Of a stretch of 64,000 nt of DNA, positions 56,469 to 64,000 are shown piece after piece. Origin of the DNA: Octopus vulgaris (lineage: Eukaryota). Each line of letters begins with the position of its first letter. Within the stretch, counting starts at the first letter, position 1. Both the position numbers and the translations under genes were made by a program. The notes under the pieces were generated by a model, which worked only from the letters and a program-made list of their open reading frames with translations, ran no database searches and was not told the origin of the DNA. The stretch is from NCBI GenBank assembly GCA_951406725.2, contig OX597822.1, forward strand, positions 39,804,001-39,868,000, given 5' to 3'.

Positions 56469-57264
56469 ATTCAGATTCTGATGAAAGTTGGAGCAGGTAC
56501 GGACTATATTTGACGGTAATTTCTGAAGTCTTATATTCTTCGTTGTAAAACCCCCCACACACACATATACACACACACACGCACGCACACACACACACAC
56601 ACACACACAGAATTAATGCTTATATGTGTGTATGTGTATCCATATGTGCGTATTTGTGCGTGTGTTTGTTGTGTGTCCACATTCAAATGCTTCTGTTCGA
56701 CGAAGAGAAAGAAAAGAACATACAACGCACGGTTTAGAGTCTATTGCTAATTTTAACTGAATCGCTTTTCGACTTTCACACAGCTCCACTTCTCAAATAA
56801 GAACTGACTCCATTTGTTATTCAAACGTTTGTTATTTACATTGAACCGACTAAATTCTTCTGTCTACGTCTAGCGTTTGCATGAACTGGTTTCTAATGTT
56901 ATTTTGTTAAGACATTACCTATGGTCGCCATCGATTCATTTGTCATTTCGTAAATTTGTTTTTACTGGTCAACTTCATTATTACTTATATAGTCATAGTT
57001 TTCCCTATTCAGTTTTTCTGAAGTTGTTTTTCTGAAAACTGCTTATTCGCATTCGGTAGTTATTCCCTGTCTGTTCGTCGATTGCTACCGAATTGTTTTT
57101 GTTTATTGCTTATTCATTGCTATGTTTAGTAGTTGTCTTGTACCTATGTGATGATTACATCGTTGCTATCTTATCATTTTTTCCCAAGTTTATTTAGTTG
57201 TTGACATGATTGTGACTTCATTACTGTTTTCGCTGTTGTCTCAGCTCTGGTTGTTTACCTTTTC

Positions 57265-57434
57265 TTTTATTCTTTTACTGGAGCACCACCTTTTAGTCGA
57301 GCAAATCGACACCAGGACTTATTCTTTGTAAGCCTAGTACTTATTCTATCGTTCTCTCTTTGCCGAACCGCTAAGTTACGGGGACGTAAACACACCAGCA
57401 TCGGATGTCAAGCGATGTTGGGGGGACAAATATA

Positions 57435-57482
<48 letters not shown>

Positions 57483-57653
57483 CATAAATACAGAAGGCTT
57501 CTTTCAGGTTCCGTCTACCAAGTTCACTCACAAGGCTTTGGTCGACCCAAGGCTATAGTAGAAGACACTTGCCCAAGGTGTCACGCAGTGAGAGTGAACC
57601 CAGAACCATGTGTTTGGCCAGCAAGCTACTTACCACATAGCCACCCCTGTGCC
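57265..57653 (-). mobile_element. SINE family A
   Basis: Family A match. Confidence 0.9.
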
Positions 57654-58753
57654 TGGTTTACAGTTCAGAATTTTTTTCTTTCAATATGAATGTTTTTCAG
57701 TGTAAACAATTTCAAAGCATTAGATTTCTTCTGTTGAAAAGAACATACTTGCTATGTAATTATAGTTTTCTGAAGTGCATAGTCTAGAATTATCAATTAA
57801 AAGTGTGGTTTACGTATATATTAATCTAACTCTTCCTTAAGTCCCGAAAATGCTGCGGCTAATACGTTGTATGTCTTCTGTAAATATAACGAAGCAAGTA
57901 TATTTGCTGTGTATAACTAGCTTTGAATATCCGGTTCGTTGCATCGATATTGTTAATGTCAGTTTCCCTCTTTCCCAGTACTGTTGCCATGGAGGCAAAA
58001 TTGTTTTAAAGTTTCCAGTTAATGAGCAGAACAAAAAAATGTATTGCACTTGCAACTCTTCTCAATTCCTATACAGTTGGTGATGTTTTGAATTACGTGC
58101 CTTTAATTCCTTGCATAGCAGTAACTAATTTTAATGATGTTCCGTTTGAACAGCTTGTATCTTTTGCCAGAAGCGTATAGTTATTAATGATATGAAATAT
58201 TTTATCACATTTGCTGCGCTGAAGCTGAACTGAGGTTTTGAACGAGCTGACGAAATCTTTTTTCTGAATTAATTCGGGATTCATATGTATTTATTTTGGT
58301 TATGAATCTTAATTTTTCCGTGAACTTGGTGCTAAGGTTTCGTTATAGAATAAGGTAATTGGTAGAATATTGTACCGTTTGGTGAGATTTGCAGAGTTAG
58401 TTTCTTTAGCTTATGTTACTGATTTGGATTTTTATTATGAGACGGAGTGACTTGAAATATTTGCTTATACACTTCGCTTTTTGTAAAGTTGATATCTTCC
58501 TGTTGTTTAGTTTCATGTTATCGGTAGGCATTTGGTTACAGGTAAATAGTAAATTTCGACAGAAGACGCAACTTCTGCTGTAGCATCCGCAGTGATTCCT
58601 GCACTGCTAAAAGATGTAGTCGACGTGTGTAGGGCACATTTTCCGCATAAGGCACGTCTTTCTTTGCCGGAGTTGCAGGTCTGGCTAAAGACTATGATTG
58701 GATAATTGATCCGCTATTTTCTGTTGTTGCTGTTGTTGTTGTTGTTGTTGTTG

Positions 58754-58826
<73 letters not shown>

Positions 58827-58833
58827 TATTATT

Positions 58834-59345
58834 GAGTGAGTGAGCAGTGCATGCCATCAAAGTGACACTGGGTTAAAATATACGAAGCCCAGTGTACCCA
58901 TCATGACTACCCGTCTGATAAGGGTACACTAGGCTCATGCATCACAACAATATTTGCGCATGACCTTGCAGGTGGGGCCCAGTTAGAATTTTCTTCTGGT
59001 CGAGTAGTCCATCCCGCTCAAAAGGTCCCTGAATAAGGGTTGTTTAAGGATGTTGAACGAAACACCCATGTTTCCAGAGGTGAATTATTGAAACCCCCAA
59101 AGGTCCCTCCCAACACATGTCTATGATGCTCCTCCACTACTTCTGCTCGTGATGAGAGATGCACATATCGTCAGCCACTGAGGGATATGCTCAACTGGTT
59201 AAGGTCAAACAACTGACAAGCAAATATGTGGTATTGAGCAGAATATTTGCTGTAGCCCATCTTTAATACCAAGACAAAACAGTGTACATGATAACACTCC
59301 CAATCAGTTAAGATCAGAAGCCATGGAAGCTTTTTGGTACTGCAT
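58834..59345 (-). mobile_element. ~510 bp element between (ATT)n tracts, probably non-autonomous R4/Dong-derived
   Basis: (ATT)n on both sides. 59187-59260 recurs at ~20970-21043. Weak ATANILLNT remnant of the GTAHILR motif. Confidence 0.5.
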
Positions 59346-59356
59346 CATCATCATCA

Positions 59357-59453
<97 letters not shown>

Positions 59454-59964
59454 TGTTATTTGCGTGGGAAAGCCAACATCATACACACAAATCATGCCCT
59501 ACAGTATTACCGTCTTAAGATACACATACCTGAAAAATATAAGGGAATGGTCACGTCTGAACATCTTTGATTATTAATCTGTAGAATTACAGCTGATGTA
59601 GGTCTAAAATGAAAACTAGACGCATACTTGAAGTATGTTATTATAGAGGTTCTTATATTACACAATTCGAATTTTATTCTTCTTATGCAACACCTTTGAA
59701 AACCAGTACTTGGTTGATACACACCGTCTGTATTCTTCAGATTTGCCGATGCGATTTCGTTAGAGAAGTGACATGAATACACGACATTGAAAAGCCGCAA
59801 CAACGGTGAAGTACGCAGGAACTTTAAAGGCAGTTTCGCTTCACATAATTCTGAAGTTTATTGTATTTTTTTAACACAATACGTTTATAAAGAAATTTTT
59901 CCCTAACAAAATACTGCAGTTTCTGGTTTTTCATTTACACACATACATTAAGTATTTTACATAG

Positions 59965-60183
59965 GTTTCAAATTGTGCCATAAGGCCATCAATTTTAGGG
60001 AGGCGGTAAGACGGTTACATCGATCCCAGTGGTGGAACTTAACTGGAACTTATCTTATCGTCCCTGAAAGTATGAAAGGTGAAGTAGTCTCGGGCGACAT
60101 TTGAACTCAGAACGTAAAACCGGAAGAAATGCCGCTAAGCATTTTTACCGATGCGGTTACAATTCTGCCAGCTTGTCACCTTC
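59965..60183 (-). mobile_element. Diverged SINE family B
   Basis: Head, core and tail 2 are recognisable. Confidence 0.8.
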
Positions 60184-60189
60184 GTTAAG

Positions 60190-60413
60190 TACTCTTTTAC
60201 TTGTTTCAGTAATTTGACTGCGGCCATGCTGGAGCACCGCCTTTAGTCGAGCAAATCGACGCCAGGACTTATTCTATGTAAGCCTAGTACTTATTCTATC
60301 GGTCTCTTTTGCTATAGTAGAAGACACCTACTCAAGGTGCCACGCAGTGGGACTGAACCCGGAACCATGTAGTTGGTAAGCAAGCTACTTACCACACAGC
60401 CACTCCTGCGCCT
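60190..60413 (-). mobile_element. SINE family A with central deletion (microsatellite lost)
   Basis: Tail and head halves joined at ggtctcttttgc|tatagtag. Confidence 0.88.
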
Positions 60414-60723
60414 AAAGTATATATTATTTTATTAAATGATGTATTCATAGATACACTGTTTGAAAAATCAAATCTGAGATTGCCATGAATGTAAAGTCTT
60501 TGACTGTAGGTCTCCTCGGTGAGGCCTGACATGGAGCTAAACAACTTAACCGGAGCAATGGCCACCGCAAAATCAATAAAAACAGCGTCAATAATTTATA
60601 GTTGATGATTTGCCATTCGGAGGAAAGATTTTCAGAGTCAGGTTACCCCAGGCATTCAGAGTGGGTCCACCCCAGTGGCATTTGAACACAGAATGTCGAA
60701 CGCAAAACAGACGTAGCAATGTA

Positions 60724-60839
<116 letters not shown>

Positions 60840-61680
60840 AACTATATACATACATACATATATATGTATACACATATATATATGCATATATATATATAAA
60901 TATATATGTGTGTGTGTACACATATACACTTATATAACTTCATACATTTGCCCGTGAGAAAATACTTTTAATGAATGAATGAACGTATGCTTGTCGTTCT
61001 ATTCCTCTCCCTCCCTGATCTCAGGTCTTTCTTTATATATATATATGTATATATATCATAGCGTGAGAGACAGTGAGAAAGAGACAGAATTAGAGAGAGA
61101 GAGCGAGAGAGAGAGAGAAGACAGAGAAGGAGAGTCAAACGTTCATAACATACACTTTGACATGTACACACAAACAGATACACGGAGACGCATACGCACA
61201 CATATACGCAGTGTGATAGTTAATAGTTCAAGTTGTTTAAATGAAAAGAGCAGACGACAGAAGGTGGGGAAAAAGCGGGCAGCAACTAAAAATGGAGGCA
61301 GATGGGTACCATTGCTGTAATCCTCTGATAGGTTAGTAAGAGAACGCAATTTTCTCATTCTAATTATTACGATGCTGAAGAGGGGAATTAATTGAGTGAT
61401 GTAGTGGAAGTGTGGAGGTCGAGTGGGCTTAGGTGGTGGTGGGTAACTCTTGCCGCTAAATCTTCAGACGCTTTGACATTTGCAAATAAGCTCCTGACAT
61501 TAAGTTTTATAAGCTAATCACTTTGTAGTAGGGTGTGTATCTTGTATGGAACACTGTTGAAATCTTAAGAGGTTCCCTGGCTAGTTGTACGTCTGTCTGT
61601 CGCACTGCCTGTCTGTCAGTCCGCCTGTCTCTCTGACTATCTGGCTGTCTGTATGTGCATATATGCGTATGTATGTGCAT

Positions 61681-61757
<77 letters not shown>

Positions 61758-61833
61758 TGTATGTATGTATGTATATATATATATATATATATATTTACAT
61801 ATATATATGTATATATATGTATATTTTTTTATG

Positions 61834-62250
61834 TAGTTTCAGCTCAGAGCTGCGGCCATGCTGATGCCCCACCGTTTTGCTACACTGTTATTACTGAGAA
61901 CCTCCTCCAATATGTGCCACTTTGTGAAGGATGGCTACCCTCATTTGCACCTCTTGCCGTGATGTAGGTTCATCTGGGACTCTCGACAGGAAGAGGTCCA
62001 GCTTTGATTTAAAAACGCCTACATCTACTTTGTGTAGGTTCCTCAGGCTCTTTGGGAGAATATTAAAAAGATGTGGACCCTTGAAGCCCAGGCTGTTGCA
62101 GTAACCGGTCCTGAAGCGCTGTGGCGTTGCTGGGATCTTTGGCACTATGCAGTGTCGTCCTGTTCTGGCATTGGTGTAGCTTTCAATGCCAAAATTTGTC
62201 ACAATTCCTTCCAGGATCTTTCAGATGTATATTACTGCATACCTCTCCCG
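61834..62250 (-). pseudogene. Second, shorter CR1-like 3' fragment
   Basis: Colinear and similar to 37160-37590 (NFGIESYTNARTGRHCIVPKIP...FKSKLDLFLSRVPDEP). Confidence 0.9.
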
Positions 62251-62782
62251 CATGTATATATATAAATATACATATATATACTCTTTTACTCTTTTAGTCT
62301 TTTACTTGTTTCAGTCATTTGACTGCCGCCATGCTGAGCACCGCCTTTAGTCGAGCTAATCTTCAGTCAAGAATCGGATCATCCTCGCAATTTCGGCTGA
62401 TTAATCTTGAGATTGTTCCGATCTGGCCAACCCCAAGGAAAAACTATGGTTTCTAACCATAGATCCAAACTCCTTCATTGGAATTTCAACATTGACAACC
62501 GGGTATCTTTCTTTGTATGTATGTATGTATGTATGTATGTATGTATGTATGTATGTATGTATGTATGTATGTATGTATGTATGTATGTGTGTGTGTATGT
62601 ATGTATGTATGTATGCATATATGTATATACTGGCTGCTATTTCTAAAAAGCTCGGTATGTGGTAAAGTAAATTATTTTACTTTACCCTATTTTTATAATG
62701 TATGTATGTATATATGTATGTATGTGTGTATGTATATATGTATATGTATGTATGTATGTGTGTATGTATGAATGTGTGTATG

Positions 62783-62813
<31 letters not shown>

Positions 62814-63744
62814 ATATGTATGTATGTATGTATGTATGCATGTATGTGTGTGTATGTATGTATGTATGTATGTATGTATGTATGTATGTATGTATGTATG
62901 TATGTATGTATGTATGTATGCATGTATGCATGCATGATTTTTCATTGTGTTTTAATTTAAGCTTTTCTTGAGAGATTTCAGGCCGGTGTCTAATAAAACG
63001 ACATGACTGATTTAGTTAAGCGACCAAACTTATGATGAATAAGCATTTCACCCTTGACTAGTTTTAGAGTTATCTCAGGCCAAATTTTCGAATATATTCT
63101 TCCTTCTTTTAAGAAATAGGTCGTAATTTAAGGGAGATTTCTTGCTATATCTAGCAGACTCAGCGACGACATAGAGGCTGCTTCATCGACCTGTAAGACT
63201 TGTTATAACCTGTGCTAAACATCTCTAGGTGTTATAGGCATCATTGTCTGCCTATATTTGTGCAGTTGCAGCAGCAGTGGTTAAAAGCTCTCACGAGTTT
63301 TGGAGTGACAGAGCTGTATACTTTGAAAGCATTTATCGGACACACGATCATGTGTCTCCTAACTGTTAAATGACCGGATGTACGAAACAGTTTGTAGGGT
63401 AAAAAGATTGCTAAGAAGAAGTAAATATAACGTGTAGTCTTAATTAGTCGATGTTGAGAAAGTGAAGGTGGGGACAAGGGTTAGGGCTAGGAGTTGGAGT
63501 TAAGAAAGAGGCCAAGAGTAGCTGGAGAGCTGGCCTGTCGGTCAAGTTTGTGAGGATAATATTACAGCTTATTCCGGCTCGGCCCTTTGCACTAGAGTTG
63601 TTTGTTTATATGTGTCAATATGTCAATGGGTCAGTGAGAGTTTGATGGAAAAGATATGAGAACCAAGCTGTGTTGCATTCATTAAAGTCCACTCTCTGGT
63701 GTTGTCCTCTCATCGCTTACTATGTCGCTTTCTTCTTGGAATAA

Positions 63745-63958
63745 GCCTTTCTACTAAAAGCACAAGGCCTGAAATTTTGGTGGACGGAGCTAATTGATTA
63801 GATCGACCCCAGTATGTAGCTGGTACTTAATTTATCGACCCCGAAAGGATGAAAGGCAAAGTAAAACTCGGCGGAATTCGAACTCAGAACAAAGCGAAGA
63901 TCGAAATACTGCTAAGAATTTCGTCCAACGTGCTAACGATTCTGCCAGTTCGCCGCCT
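63745..63958 (-). mobile_element. SINE family B monomer with TSD
   Basis: tttcttcttggaataa on both flanks. Confidence 0.88.
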
Positions 63959-64000
63959 TTTTCTTCTTGGAATAACACAAGCAATGGTGTATTCAAAGTA

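Noticed and set aside
58561-58706. Protein-like frame EDATSAVASAVIPALLKDVVDVCRAHF...
   Set aside because: Under 50 codons, upstream stops, weak acceptor and no recognisable family. Kept only as part of the unique-region note.

Overview
AT-rich, microsatellite-saturated eukaryotic non-coding DNA (intron or intergenic). The SINE repertoire and dense (TA)n/(CA)n/(TAGA)n/(ATT)n tracts are most consistent with an octopod cephalopod; this is inference, and no search was run. I find no intact host protein-coding exon, and nearly all long ORFs in the track are translations of simple repeats. The window is a nested transposable-element landscape. It holds four tRNA-headed SINE families (labelled A-D here) and decayed non-LTR retrotransposons (Hero-like, CR1-like, RTE, R4/Dong-like and an I/Jockey-group remnant). 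It also holds DNA transposons (a ~2.6 kb pogo/Tc2-type element, Tigger-, mariner- and hAT-type MITEs, a Helitron 3' end) and a full-length 5S rRNA copy. Best leads: (1) about nine minimal type I hammerhead-ribozyme-like motifs in Penelope-type and foldback repeats, including an inverted pair and a tandem pair; (2) a terminator-less 5S copy fused head-to-tail to a SINE between ~100 bp direct repeats; (3) a SINE/CR1 shared 3' stem-loop with covarying stems; (4) R4/Dong-type 3' ends embedded in (TAA)n in a consistent orientation; (5) a 1.8 kb template-switch patchwork at 29.7-31.5 kb. Coordinates of degenerate repeats are approximate.
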